Of a DNA stretch of 64,000 nt, positions 47,752 to 56,383 are shown in pieces; position 1 is the stretch's first letter, and the number at the start of each line of letters is the position of its first letter. Origin of the DNA: Acidimicrobiia bacterium (GTDB taxonomy: Bacteria; Actinomycetota; Acidimicrobiia; Spongiisociales; UBA5794); assembly GCA_030431785.1 (NCBI GenBank), contig JAUIIM010000003.1, forward strand, positions 23,031-87,030, given 5' to 3'. A model generated the notes under the pieces. That model was not told the origin of the DNA. It was given only the letters and a program-made list of their open reading frames with translations, and searched no databases. Made by a program: the position numbers and the translations under genes.

Positions 47752-48643
47752 CTTGGGTCAATCCTGAGACGATGTACTTCTGGAGGAAGAGGAACAAGAT
47801 CACGACCGGGACGCCTGCCATCAGCGAGCCCGCTGCGAACATGCCCCACCGTTGGTTGAACTGGTCGTTGAGGAATCGGAAGAGCCCGACCGAGAGGGTG
47901 TAGTCCTCTGGGCTGCCCTGTCCGAGCACGGCATCGGCCAGCACGAAGTCGTTGATGAGGAAGATGAACGACAACAGGAACACCACAGCGAGGATCGGAG
48001 CTACGAGCGGAAGGATGATGCGGAAGAACACCTGATGGTGGCTCGCGCCGTCCACCATTGCGGACTCGTCGAGATCCTTGGGCACCGTGTCGAAGAAGCC
48101 CTTCATCAGCCACGTGTTCACGCCGAGCGCACCACCGAGGTAGACGAGCGAGAGTCCCAGACGTGTGCCCAACCCGATCGACGGGAACACACCCTTGATC
48201 TGCACCATGAGCAGGAAGATCGCTACGAATGCGAGGACTTGCGGGAACATCTGGATCAGGAGCACCGACATCAGCCCGACCCGTCGACCACGGAACCTCA
48301 TGCGCGAGAACGCATACGCAGCGAGCGCCGACATGAAGGTCATCAGGATCGACGCCCCGCCTGCGATGAGCAGCGTGTTGATGTACCAGTTCGTGTACGG
48401 GACGTCCCCGAACAACAACTCGCGGTAGTTCTCGAGCGTGAACTCGTCAGGGATCAATGTCTGCGAGGTCAGCGTCTGGAGCGGGTTGAGTGAAGCGCTG
48501 ATGATCCATATCACCGGGAACAGGGCAAAGGCGAGCGCGACCCAGCCGACGAGGTGTCGCCATCCTTTGTCACGGAACCACTTGCCGAAGGAACGGCGTG
48601 GAACCGGCGGGGCGACGGGGCGGGGTTCGCTGGTGGTGGTCAT
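47735..48643 (-). CDS. malG: Sugar ABC transporter permease (MalG-like)
   Basis: 302 aa, EAA-type loop DESAMVDGASHHQVFFRIILP. Confidence 0.9.
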   Translation of the reverse strand: MTTTSEPRPVAPPVPRRSFGKWFRDKGWRHLVGWVALAFALFPVIWIISASLNPLQTLTSQTLIPDEFTLENYRELLFGDVPYTNWYINTLLIAGGASILMTFMSALAAYAFSRMRFRGRRVGLMSVLLIQMFPQVLAFVAIFLLMVQIKGVFPSIGLGTRLGLSLVYLGGALGVNTWLMKGFFDTVPKDLDESAMVDGASHHQVFFRIILPLVAPILAVVFLLSFIFLINDFVLADAVLGQGSPEDYTLSVGLFRFLNDQFNQRWGMFAAGSLMAGVPVVILFLFLQKYIVSGLTQGAVKG

Positions 48644-50262
48644 CAGACGATCTCCTCCAGTGCACGGGTTCTACGGAAACTGATCGCGGACACGGATGCC
48701 ACCATCAGGAAGATGAGCACCGCGATCGCCGATGCGAATCCCCATTGCGCACCCGATCCCGACTCGAACGCAAGCCGATAGGTGTAGCTGATCAGGATGT
48801 CGGTGTGCCCGGCAGGCGTCGCCGCACCCTCAATCGGCGGTCCGCCCTGATTGAGTAGGTAGATGACGTTGAAGTTGTTGAAGTTGAACGCAAACGATGC
48901 GATGAGAAGAGGTGCGACGGCGATCATCAGCATCGGCATGACGATCCGACGGAAGGTTTGACGAGGCGAGGCGCCATCTACGTACGACGCTTCCTTCATC
49001 TCATCCGGGATCGCCTGGAGTGCACCGGTGCAGACGAGGAACATGTAGGGGAAGCCGAGCCACGTGTTGACCATCAGCACGGAGACTTTGGCAAGGGTGG
49101 GATCACGCAGCCACGGGATGTCCGCACCGAGCAGTTTGTTGATGACACCGAACTCCTGGTTGAGCATGCCGGCCCATACCAGCGCGGTCATGAACGAAGG
49201 GAGCGCATACGGGATCACCAACAGGGCTCGATAGATCTTCTGACCACGCATTCCCGGATGGTTGAGCGCGATCGCGAGCGCAAGCCCGACGCCGAACGTC
49301 AGGGCGACGGATCCGATGGCGAACACGTAGTTCCAAATGAGCACCTGGAGGAACGGTCCTCGGATGGCGTCGTTCGTGAACACGCGTACGTAGTTGTCGA
49401 AGCCGATGAAGATCTGCCATCCCGGATCGAGCGTCGAGCCGTCCGCCGCGGTGAACTGCCCTTCGATTGGCTCGTACACGACCCCCGTGTCGTTGTTCGT
49501 GAGCAGGCCGGTCGCCTCGTCGTAGCTGTAGAGCGACTCGTACACCGCAGCAGACGAGAAGGTGGTCGCCCGGATCGCACCGTCATCAGTGGGAACCTCG
49601 AGCGCAAGCACCTCGTCTTGTCGGTCGGCCAGATCTCCAAGCCCGAGTACCACAAAATCATCGACGGCGATGACGTCGCCATCGGCATCGGTCTCGACCC
49701 GGTCGTCCGTCAGTGGTTCCAGTCCCTCGGTCGTCCCGAGGAAGTCCTCATCGGTGTCGTCGATGAGGTAGAACGCGAGTTCTCCGTCATCATCGAGGAT
49801 CGCGAGTTGGTAGAGCGTCGTGCCGGGAACGTTCGAGACCCGGCTCGTGAGGTTGTCGATCGCCTGCTGTTCGCTGAGGCGGTGGCTGATCGACGAGTTG
49901 GTGAGCGATATGTACCCCGAATAGACCACCGGGACGACCTGGAACGCCAGGGCAAAGATGGTTCCCGGTACGAGGTACTTCGCCGGGATGTTCTTCTTCG
50001 TGAGGTATGCCCAGTCGAGAAGGATGACTGCCATGGCAGCAACGGCAAGGCCTGTCCACCATTGGTTCTCGAGCATGGTGGGGAGGCCGGCGAGGAACGC
50101 GCCGTTCACCGCAGCGAGGACGAGCAGCTTGAGGACCAGTCCCCAGGTCGGCATCCCTGCGGACGCGCGAGAGGGTCGGGGGGTTTGATCCCCCCGACCC
50201 TCTGCAGTGCTCACGGAATCCGTGCTGGCGTCGTCGCCATCAGCTGGATTCCGGTCGGACAT
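48643..50262 (-). CDS. malF: Sugar ABC transporter permease (MalF-like, large periplasmic loop)
   Basis: 539 aa. EASYVDGASPRQTFRRIVMP loop. Confidence 0.85.
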   Translation of the reverse strand: MSDRNPADGDDASTDSVSTAEGRGDQTPRPSRASAGMPTWGLVLKLLVLAAVNGAFLAGLPTMLENQWWTGLAVAAMAVILLDWAYLTKKNIPAKYLVPGTIFALAFQVVPVVYSGYISLTNSSISHRLSEQQAIDNLTSRVSNVPGTTLYQLAILDDDGELAFYLIDDTDEDFLGTTEGLEPLTDDRVETDADGDVIAVDDFVVLGLGDLADRQDEVLALEVPTDDGAIRATTFSSAAVYESLYSYDEATGLLTNNDTGVVYEPIEGQFTAADGSTLDPGWQIFIGFDNYVRVFTNDAIRGPFLQVLIWNYVFAIGSVALTFGVGLALAIALNHPGMRGQKIYRALLVIPYALPSFMTALVWAGMLNQEFGVINKLLGADIPWLRDPTLAKVSVLMVNTWLGFPYMFLVCTGALQAIPDEMKEASYVDGASPRQTFRRIVMPMLMIAVAPLLIASFAFNFNNFNVIYLLNQGGPPIEGAATPAGHTDILISYTYRLAFESGSGAQWGFASAIAVLIFLMVASVSAISFRRTRALEEIV

Positions 50263-50270
50263 GGGTCGGA

Positions 50271-51617
50271 TCAGCCTTCAGCGATGAGCGTGCGGATCTG
50301 GTCCGCTGCGTCGGTGAATGCTTGAGCCGGGTCGGTGCCGGTGAAGATCAATGCGTATGCATCGGTCCACGCCTGCCACACGGAGCCCATCTCTGGGATC
50401 GCCGGCATCGGGTAGCCGTTCTGTCCGGCTTCGCCGAAGCCCTTGACGTTGGGGTTGTCCGCGGCCACGGCGTCGAACGCTGCCGTGTGTGCCGGGGGAC
50501 GACCGCCGGCTTCGAAGAGCGCAGCCTGCGCCTCTTCGGTTGCCATGAAGTCGAGGACAAACGTCGATGCGAACAGCGGGTTCTCGGCGAACGAGGAGAC
50601 CATGAATCCCTGGACGCCGATGAATGGACGAGGGTCGCCACCGTTCACGGATGGGATCGGCTCGACGACGTAGTTCACCCCGGCCTCGTCGAAGGCGTTG
50701 AGTGCCCACGGGCCGGTGATGGCGTACGGGCTCTGACCCGTGCTGAAGCTCTCGATCATCACGTCGTAGAGCGTATCGATGGAGATGACCCCTTGGTCGC
50801 TCAACTCACCGAAGTACTCGGCAGCAGCGAGGCCACCATCGCTGTCGATGCCGATGTCCTCTGGGTTGTAGCTTCCGTCAGCGTTCGTGCCGAACACGTA
50901 ACCACCGAAGGCGGTCACGATCGGGTAGTTGTGGAACGGGTCGCCGTTGCCGTTCTCCTGGAGAGCGAGCGGCAGCGTGATGGTGCCGTCAGCCTGGAGG
51001 GCAAGCGCGTTGTCGACCAGATCCTCGAACGTCGCTGGGCTGTCCGGGGCGAGATCGGTGTTGCGAACGAGTGCGATGTTCTCGACTGCATATGGCAGAC
51101 CGTAGATCGCGCCTTCGTAGTTGAACGCCTGGACGGCTGCTTCGGAGAAGTTGCCTTCGACCGAGCTGAGGTCGAGTGGCGCAACGACACCTGCGGACAC
51201 GAGCTGACCGAGCCAGTCGTGGGCGCCGATGATGATGTCCGGACCTTCACCGGCCGGGCCCGCCGTCACGAGACGGTCACGGATGTCCTGGAACCCGAGT
51301 TCCTGGACCGCCACCGTGATGCCGTTCTCCTCGGCGAAGCGGTCGGCGAAGACCTGGATCACGGGGGTGCGGGTGTCATCCGCCCAGATCACCAGATCGG
51401 CGTCGGCGCGAACGACCGGGACGGTCGTCGTCGTCGTGTCGCCGCCCGCAGCGGTCGTCGTTGTTTCCATCGCTTCGGTCGTAGTGGTCTCTGCGGCCAC
51501 CGTCGTGGTGGTGTCACCCTCGGTCGTGGTGGTGTCACCACTGTCCGACGAGCACGCAGCGACGACCATGGCGAGCGCCATGAAGAGCGCAAACCATGCA
51601 ATTCGCTTAGATCTCAC
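50271..51617 (-). CDS. malE: Maltose/maltodextrin-type ABC substrate-binding lipoprotein
   Basis: GTG start 51617 with AGGAGGA RBS. Lipobox VVAACSS and T-rich linker. Confidence 0.85.
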   Translation of the reverse strand: MRSKRIAWFALFMALAMVVAACSSDSGDTTTTEGDTTTTVAAETTTTEAMETTTTAAGGDTTTTTVPVVRADADLVIWADDTRTPVIQVFADRFAEENGITVAVQELGFQDIRDRLVTAGPAGEGPDIIIGAHDWLGQLVSAGVVAPLDLSSVEGNFSEAAVQAFNYEGAIYGLPYAVENIALVRNTDLAPDSPATFEDLVDNALALQADGTITLPLALQENGNGDPFHNYPIVTAFGGYVFGTNADGSYNPEDIGIDSDGGLAAAEYFGELSDQGVISIDTLYDVMIESFSTGQSPYAITGPWALNAFDEAGVNYVVEPIPSVNGGDPRPFIGVQGFMVSSFAENPLFASTFVLDFMATEEAQAALFEAGGRPPAHTAAFDAVAADNPNVKGFGEAGQNGYPMPAIPEMGSVWQAWTDAYALIFTGTDPAQAFTDAADQIRTLIAEG

Positions 51618-51691
51618 TGGATCCTCCTGTGTGTTCTCGTTGTGAACGGCCACCCGTGTCTGCACACGACCGAGCCGCAGAACGACCCGGT

Positions 51692-51728
51692 GTAACCGTT
51701 TACATTTCACCAATGTAACCGTTTACAT
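51692..51728. promoter_or_regulatory. Two tandem LacI-type palindromic operators
   Basis: TGTAACCGTTTACA at 51692-51705 and again at 51715-51728 (23-nt period). A third half-site, TTTGTAAATGG, follows. Confidence 0.6.
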
Positions 51729-51839
51729 CTGATTTGTAAATGGAAAGTGTTGGGAAGGATCCGGATTCCATCGGCGCACACCGGTGGTCGGTCGTGCGGT
51801 GTGGAGTCGCAGGCGTGGACGCCGACGTACTATTGCCCG

Positions 51840-52163
51840 ATGGGCAGTCTGAGCTTCGGAGAGATCCTGACGATCGTCGTCGTCATCCTCATCATCTTCG
51901 GTCCCGATCGCCTTCCCGAGTTTGCGAGGAAGGTCGGTGAGTGGATCGCATGGGGTAGGCGCTCGCTCCAGGAGTTCACCGACAACATGCAACGCGACTA
52001 CGGGGATGACGGTCAGTCGATCGCCGACCTCCGCAACGAGTACGCGGCGACGAAGGACGAAGTGACGCGTGCGCTCGACACGATGGTGAACCCGGATCCG
52101 AACCGCAGCCCCACACCGACGAACTCTTCGGAGGACGACGAGTCGGAGAGCGACGACGGATGA
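51840..52163 (+). CDS. tatB: Twin-arginine translocase subunit TatB
   Basis: MGSLSFGEILTIVVVILIIFGPDRLPEFARKVG, long acidic C-terminus. Confidence 0.8.
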   Translation: MGSLSFGEILTIVVVILIIFGPDRLPEFARKVGEWIAWGRRSLQEFTDNMQRDYGDDGQSIADLRNEYAATKDEVTRALDTMVNPDPNRSPTPTNSSEDDESESDDG

Positions 52164-52873
52164 CCGCTGCCACCGCACCGATGAGCGAGCACATCGGAGA
52201 GCTCCGCAACCGCGTGATCAAGTGTGCGGTCGCCGTACTCATCGGGTCGATCATCGGCTACGCCATCAACGAGTGGGTCCTCGAGCTTCTGATCGCGCCG
52301 TACGCGGAAGCGGTCGACGACGCCTCCCTCGTCTTCTTCCGCCCAGGCGAAGGCTTCAGCGTCGTGATGAAGGTTTCGTTGTGTACGGGCACCGTCCTGG
52401 CCTCCCCGATCATCCTGTATCAGACATGGCGATTCGTCTCCCCGGCCCTCACCCGTCGAGAGAAGAAGTGGGCGATCCCCGTCACTGTCGTGTTCGTCGC
52501 GCTGTTCCTCGCCGGCATCACCGTCGGCTATCTGGCGCTCCGGCAGGGTCTCGTGTTCCTGCTCGAGTTCGGCGGTGATTCCCTCGATCCGCTCATCGGG
52601 GCCGACGACTACCTCAAGTTCGCGATGCGCTTCCTTCTTGCCTTTGGCCTTTCGTTCGAGTTCCCGATCTTCCTGTTCGTGCTTGCAGCGTTCGGTGTGG
52701 TCAGCTCGAAGTGGCTTGCGTCCGGTCGCCGATGGGCTGTCGTCGTCATCTTGATCGCCGCTGCCCTGATCACCCCAACGGGCGATCCGTTGACACTCCT
52801 GATGCTTTCCGTTCCCCTGTACCTCATGTACGAGATCACCATCGTGTTGATCAAACTGATCCTGAAGAAGTGA
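52160..52873 (+). CDS. tatC: Twin-arginine translocase subunit TatC
   Basis: 237 aa, 6 TM. HIGELRNRVIKCAVAVLIG N-terminus. Confidence 0.9.
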   Translation: MTAATAPMSEHIGELRNRVIKCAVAVLIGSIIGYAINEWVLELLIAPYAEAVDDASLVFFRPGEGFSVVMKVSLCTGTVLASPIILYQTWRFVSPALTRREKKWAIPVTVVFVALFLAGITVGYLALRQGLVFLLEFGGDSLDPLIGADDYLKFAMRFLLAFGLSFEFPIFLFVLAAFGVVSSKWLASGRRWAVVVILIAAALITPTGDPLTLLMLSVPLYLMYEITIVLIKLILKK

Positions 52874-53550
52874 TGCCGATGAATAGCGATGCCATGCACG
52901 GAGCAACCGCCACGATGATCGAAAGCGGATTCGTGCCTGTGTACCACCACGACGATCCGGCGACCGCCGTTGCGATCACGGCGGCACTTCTCGACGGCGG
53001 GGCGACCGCCCTCGAGTTCACCGACCGGTCACCCGGCGCACTCGATGCGTTCCGCTCGATCGCCCGCGAGCTCGCCGGAAGCCGTGCCGACGTGCACCTC
53101 GGTGTCGGCTCGATCATCGACCCGGAGACTGCGCTCCGCTACATAGAAGCAGGAGCCTCGTTCGTCGTCGGTCCCGGGATCGACGAAGCAACCGCGGCGA
53201 GTTGTGCGCACGCAGACATCCCGTACATCCCGGGCACCGGCACGGTCACCGAGGTGATGCGGGCACGGCAACTCGGGGCCGAGATCATCAAGGTGTTCCC
53301 TGGTGGAGCAGTAGGTGGCCCCGACTACGTGCGGGCAGTACTCGCCCCGTGCCCGTGGGCCCGTTTGATGCCCACCGGAGGTGTGGACGTCACGGAGGAA
53401 TCACTGCGAACGTGGTTCGAGGCGGGGGTTGCCTGCGTGGGGTTGGGTTCGAAGCTCGTTTCGAGTGATATCGTTGAAGCAAAGGCATGGAACCAGCTCA
53501 CCGAGCGGGTACGGTCGGTCGCATCGACCGTCGCTTCCATTCGGAGCTGA
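52873..53550 (+). CDS. eda: KDPG/KHG aldolase
   Basis: Start in TGATG overlap with tatC. LEFTDRSPGA, PGTGTVTEVMRARQLGAEIIKVFPG, MPTGGV. Confidence 0.85.
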   Translation: MPMNSDAMHGATATMIESGFVPVYHHDDPATAVAITAALLDGGATALEFTDRSPGALDAFRSIARELAGSRADVHLGVGSIIDPETALRYIEAGASFVVGPGIDEATAASCAHADIPYIPGTGTVTEVMRARQLGAEIIKVFPGGAVGGPDYVRAVLAPCPWARLMPTGGVDVTEESLRTWFEAGVACVGLGSKLVSSDIVEAKAWNQLTERVRSVASTVASIRS

Positions 53551-53565
53551 CAGAGGAGCCAACAC

Positions 53566-53760
53566 ATGTTCAGGAACTTCGGAGGATGGGAGATCATCCT
53601 CATCATCGTCGTCGTACTGCTCCTGTTCGGTGCCACACGATTGCCCAAGCTCGCACGCTCGATCGGCGAGTCCGCAAAGGAACTCCGCGAAGGCCTTCGC
53701 GACGGGATGAGTGACGAAGAAGACGAGTCCGAGTCACCGGCCGAGAACGGCACCGACTGA
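53566..53760 (+). CDS. tatA: Twin-arginine translocase subunit TatA
   Basis: MFRNFGGWEIILIIVVVLLLFGATRLPKLARSIGES. Confidence 0.9.
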   Translation: MFRNFGGWEIILIIVVVLLLFGATRLPKLARSIGESAKELREGLRDGMSDEEDESESPAENGTD

Positions 53761-53768
53761 CGTCGTAG

Positions 53769-54059
53769 CTACCGCGTCGCTTTCCACGCTTCGTACGCGG
53801 CGGGGTACTTCTCTGGGTGTCCGCTTCGCACGTGCGCCGCTACTCCCGCCATCCCCTTCGACGTGGTACCGCAGAACGGGCAGGTGATCGGAGGCTTCGG
53901 CGCACTCCGTCCGTCCATCTTCTTCGGAGGTCGTGCAGTGGCCCGGCTCGAGCCATCGAGCGCTTCGAGCGCTTCGATCGCATCCTTGAGCCGTTCCTGC
54001 TCAGCGGTGAGCCTCGCCCGCTCGGCGTAGAGCTCCTTCAATGCCTTGTCGATACTCAT
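53769..54059 (-). CDS. Small coiled-coil protein with a classical C2H2 zinc-finger pattern
   Basis: 96 aa. CPFC-x12-H-x4-H (CPFCGTTSKGMAGVAAHVRSGH). Confidence 0.55.
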   Translation of the reverse strand: MSIDKALKELYAERARLTAEQERLKDAIEALEALDGSSRATARPPKKMDGRSAPKPPITCPFCGTTSKGMAGVAAHVRSGHPEKYPAAYEAWKATR

Positions 54060-54115
54060 ACCGCCAGAGTATCAGCTGCCCTTTGGGGAATCCGAATCGC
54101 CCCTTTCGTTCGCAT

Positions 54116-54141
54116 GTTTAGCGCACGATCGTCGCGGGTAG
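54116..54141 (+). promoter_or_regulatory. SigB/SigF-type promoter P1
   Basis: GTTTA-N15-GGGTAG, 30 nt upstream of the mini-ORF ATG. Confidence 0.55.
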
Positions 54142-54171
54142 AGGTGCGACACGCCAACGAAAGGAACACCC

Positions 54172-54240
54172 ATGGTCATCCGCATTGGATCCGTAGTCGG
54201 AATCATCCTGATCGTCCTGCTACTCATCTGGATCTTCTGA
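54172..54240 (+). CDS. 22-aa hydrophobic mini-protein
   Basis: MVIRIGSVVGIILIVLLLIWIF. AAAGGAA RBS. The leader ACGAAAGGAAC is almost identical to the hemerythrin leader. Confidence 0.35.
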   Translation: MVIRIGSVVGIILIVLLLIWIF

Positions 54241-54260
54241 TGATCCGAGGACATCAACGC

Positions 54261-55013
54261 TCAGTCATTGGGCGGTTCGTCGTGTCCGAGGACACCCACT
54301 CGCACCGTCTCGACGGCGGAGCGGATCAACCGAGAGACATGGACCTGGGAGACCCCGATGTGCTCGGCGATCTCCTGTTGGGTTCTGCCTTCGAAGAATC
54401 GGAGGTAGAGCACCGTCTGATCCCGCTCGGCGAGATTGGCGAGCTCCGGCTCGATCGCAGCCCACTCGGGCGCGTTTTGCAGTCTTCGATCACGTTCTCC
54501 CACGAAGTCCACCATCTCGGCAGCCGAACCATCAGACGACCCCACGGGCCGGTCGAGGCTCGCTGCCCTCATCTCCCCTCCTGCTTCCATCGCCGCCAAC
54601 ACCTCGTCCGTCCCAACGTCGAGGTGTTCGGCAAGCTCGCGCACGGTGGGACTCCGTCCGAGCGACTGGGTGAGCTCCTCGTTGGCATCGGAGGTCCGCA
54701 TCCACAGATTCTGGAGGGACCGCGGAACCCGCAGGGACCAAGCGTGCGCCCGAAAGTGGTGCTTGATCTCACCGACGATCGTGCGACCTGCGTACGTCGA
54801 GAACTTCACACCCCGATCTGGGTCGTAGCGGTCGATGGCATTCACCAATCCGAACCGAGCGGCCTGGACCAGATCGTCGAGTTCGGTTCCGCGTCCGGAG
54901 AACCGACGCGCAAGGTGCTGTGCGAGATAGTCATATCGCTCGACCAGTTCCGCACGGGCGTCCGGATCATCCCGACGGGCGAAGAGCTCTCGCTCGTCGG
55001 ATCTCGATGTCAT
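54261..55013 (-). CDS. Group 3 sigma factor of the SigB/SigF/SigG family
   Basis: 250 aa. DDLVQAARFGLVNAIDRYDP (region 2), STYAGRTIVGEIKHHF, QQEIAEHIGVSQVHVSRL (region 4). Confidence 0.9.
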   Translation of the reverse strand: MTSRSDERELFARRDDPDARAELVERYDYLAQHLARRFSGRGTELDDLVQAARFGLVNAIDRYDPDRGVKFSTYAGRTIVGEIKHHFRAHAWSLRVPRSLQNLWMRTSDANEELTQSLGRSPTVRELAEHLDVGTDEVLAAMEAGGEMRAASLDRPVGSSDGSAAEMVDFVGERDRRLQNAPEWAAIEPELANLAERDQTVLYLRFFEGRTQQEIAEHIGVSQVHVSRLIRSAVETVRVGVLGHDEPPND

Positions 55014-55426
55014 CTCACGGGAGCTCTCGGAACGGAGATGGTGGCCACAGCATCTTCGAACCTGACGTCAGGGAACAGCCCGAAGACGACATCCCACGAA
55101 GATGTGTCGTCATCGTCAAGGTGCGCGTCCGGATCCGCGACGGGACCGACCTTGACCACGGCGTGCTCACGGAAGACCTCGATTCGTGCCTCGAGGGGTA
55201 CGTCATCTCCGCCCTCCGTCACCGCGGCGAGCTCCGAAACCGCAAGCCGCAGATCGTCGGAAGTATCCGGGTCGACTCCGATACCGGACGACACCGACGC
55301 CACGAAGCTGCGTACCCACGGCGCAGGATCGACATCCCTCGGAGAACGGAAGCTGTGTGTCTCTGGTCGGGTGTCCACGATGCCCAAGTGTACTATCGCC
55401 GAATGATGGCTCCCGGAACCGTACAT
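55010..55426 (-). CDS. Probable anti-sigma factor (RsbW/UsfX-like, degenerate N-box)
   Basis: 4-nt overlap with the sigma gene start. DDLRLAVSELAAVT resembles the RsbW helix but lacks the Asn. Start uncertain (55426 ATG or 55378 GTG). Confidence 0.55.
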   Translation of the reverse strand: MYGSGSHHSAIVHLGIVDTRPETHSFRSPRDVDPAPWVRSFVASVSSGIGVDPDTSDDLRLAVSELAAVTEGGDDVPLEARIEVFREHAVVKVGPVADPDAHLDDDDTSSWDVVFGLFPDVRFEDAVATISVPRAPVR

Positions 55427-55768
55427 ATCGAGACGACGGGCGATCCGGCCATGGCTGGCATGTTGCGGGCAGTCGCGCGGTCCGTTGCAGCCGACACCGA
55501 CCTCGGTCTGGATCGGGTCGAGGACATCGCCCTCGCCACTTCCGAGGCGTTCGCTCTCATCACCTCGGGAAACCCGGGCGAGCGAGTGATCGCCGAGATC
55601 ACACCCACACCCCGCACTGTCACCGTCTCACTCGTGAACCCCGCCGAACCAGATGTGGAGACCGAGCGGCGCGACATCCTCGGGGCGAGGGTCATCCACA
55701 CCCTGTCGGACGCTTCACAGATCCACCCCGGTCAGTCTGTCGAGTTCAGCGTTGGTTACGAAACCTAG
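55403..55768 (+). CDS. Second RsbW-like anti-sigma-type protein, divergent
   Basis: 121 aa. LRAVARSVAADTDLGLDRVEDIALATSEAFALIT. TACTAT (55391-55396) lies 6 nt before the ATG, suggesting a leaderless mRNA. Confidence 0.5.
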   Translation: MMAPGTVHIETTGDPAMAGMLRAVARSVAADTDLGLDRVEDIALATSEAFALITSGNPGERVIAEITPTPRTVTVSLVNPAEPDVETERRDILGARVIHTLSDASQIHPGQSVEFSVGYET

Positions 55769-55793
55769 GTTTGGCCGAGGCAGGTACGGGTAA
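55769..55793 (+). promoter_or_regulatory. SigB/SigF-type promoter P2
   Basis: GTTTG-N14-GGGTAA, 29 nt upstream of ATG 55823. Confidence 0.45.
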
Positions 55794-55822
55794 GTACCGT
55801 CACCGCTGCTCGAGGAGTACAC

Positions 55823-56308
55823 ATGACCCAGCACGAGAACGAGGCCGGGCACGACGAACATGGCAACGTCGATGATGCCTTCCGAGCCATCATGGAGGGA
55901 CTCCGAACCACCCTTCCCGGTGTCCAGGTGCTGTTCGCCTTCCTACTCACGCTTCCCTTTCAGCAGTCGTTCTCATCTCTCTCCGGCGTCAACAAGGGCG
56001 CGTACCTCGTGGCCTTCTTCGGCTCGGCGATCGCCTCGATCCTCCTGATCGCACCGAGTGCCCATCAACGGATTCGGGCACCGTTCTCGGGGGTACGACG
56101 GCGCTCGCGGAGCGATCTGGCCTTCACCGTTGGGATGACGATCGCCGGTACGACCGTGTTCGCCGTAGCGCTCGGTGCGGCCGTGTACCTCGTGACCTCG
56201 ATCATCCTCGACATCCCCGCCGCTGCCTTTGCGACGGCCGCTCTTGCAACGCTCGTCGCATGGGCATGGTTCTACGTTCCCATCGTGACCTTCGAACGGA
56301 CCGACTGA
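55823..56308 (+). CDS. DUF6328-like membrane protein
   Basis: 161 aa. EGLRTTLPGVQVLFAFLLTLPF pattern and 4 TM. Confidence 0.65.
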   Translation: MTQHENEAGHDEHGNVDDAFRAIMEGLRTTLPGVQVLFAFLLTLPFQQSFSSLSGVNKGAYLVAFFGSAIASILLIAPSAHQRIRAPFSGVRRRSRSDLAFTVGMTIAGTTVFAVALGAAVYLVTSIILDIPAAAFATAALATLVAWAWFYVPIVTFERTD

Positions 56309-56324
56309 TCCGGATCGCGACCAT

Positions 56325-56350
56325 GTTTAGCGACACGTCAAACCGGGTAG
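56325..56350 (+). promoter_or_regulatory. SigB/SigF-type promoter P3
   Basis: GTTTA-N15-GGGTAG, 33 nt upstream of ATG 56384. Confidence 0.55.
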
Positions 56351-56383
56351 GGGAGAAGACGTACGCAACAGAGGGAGCAACAC

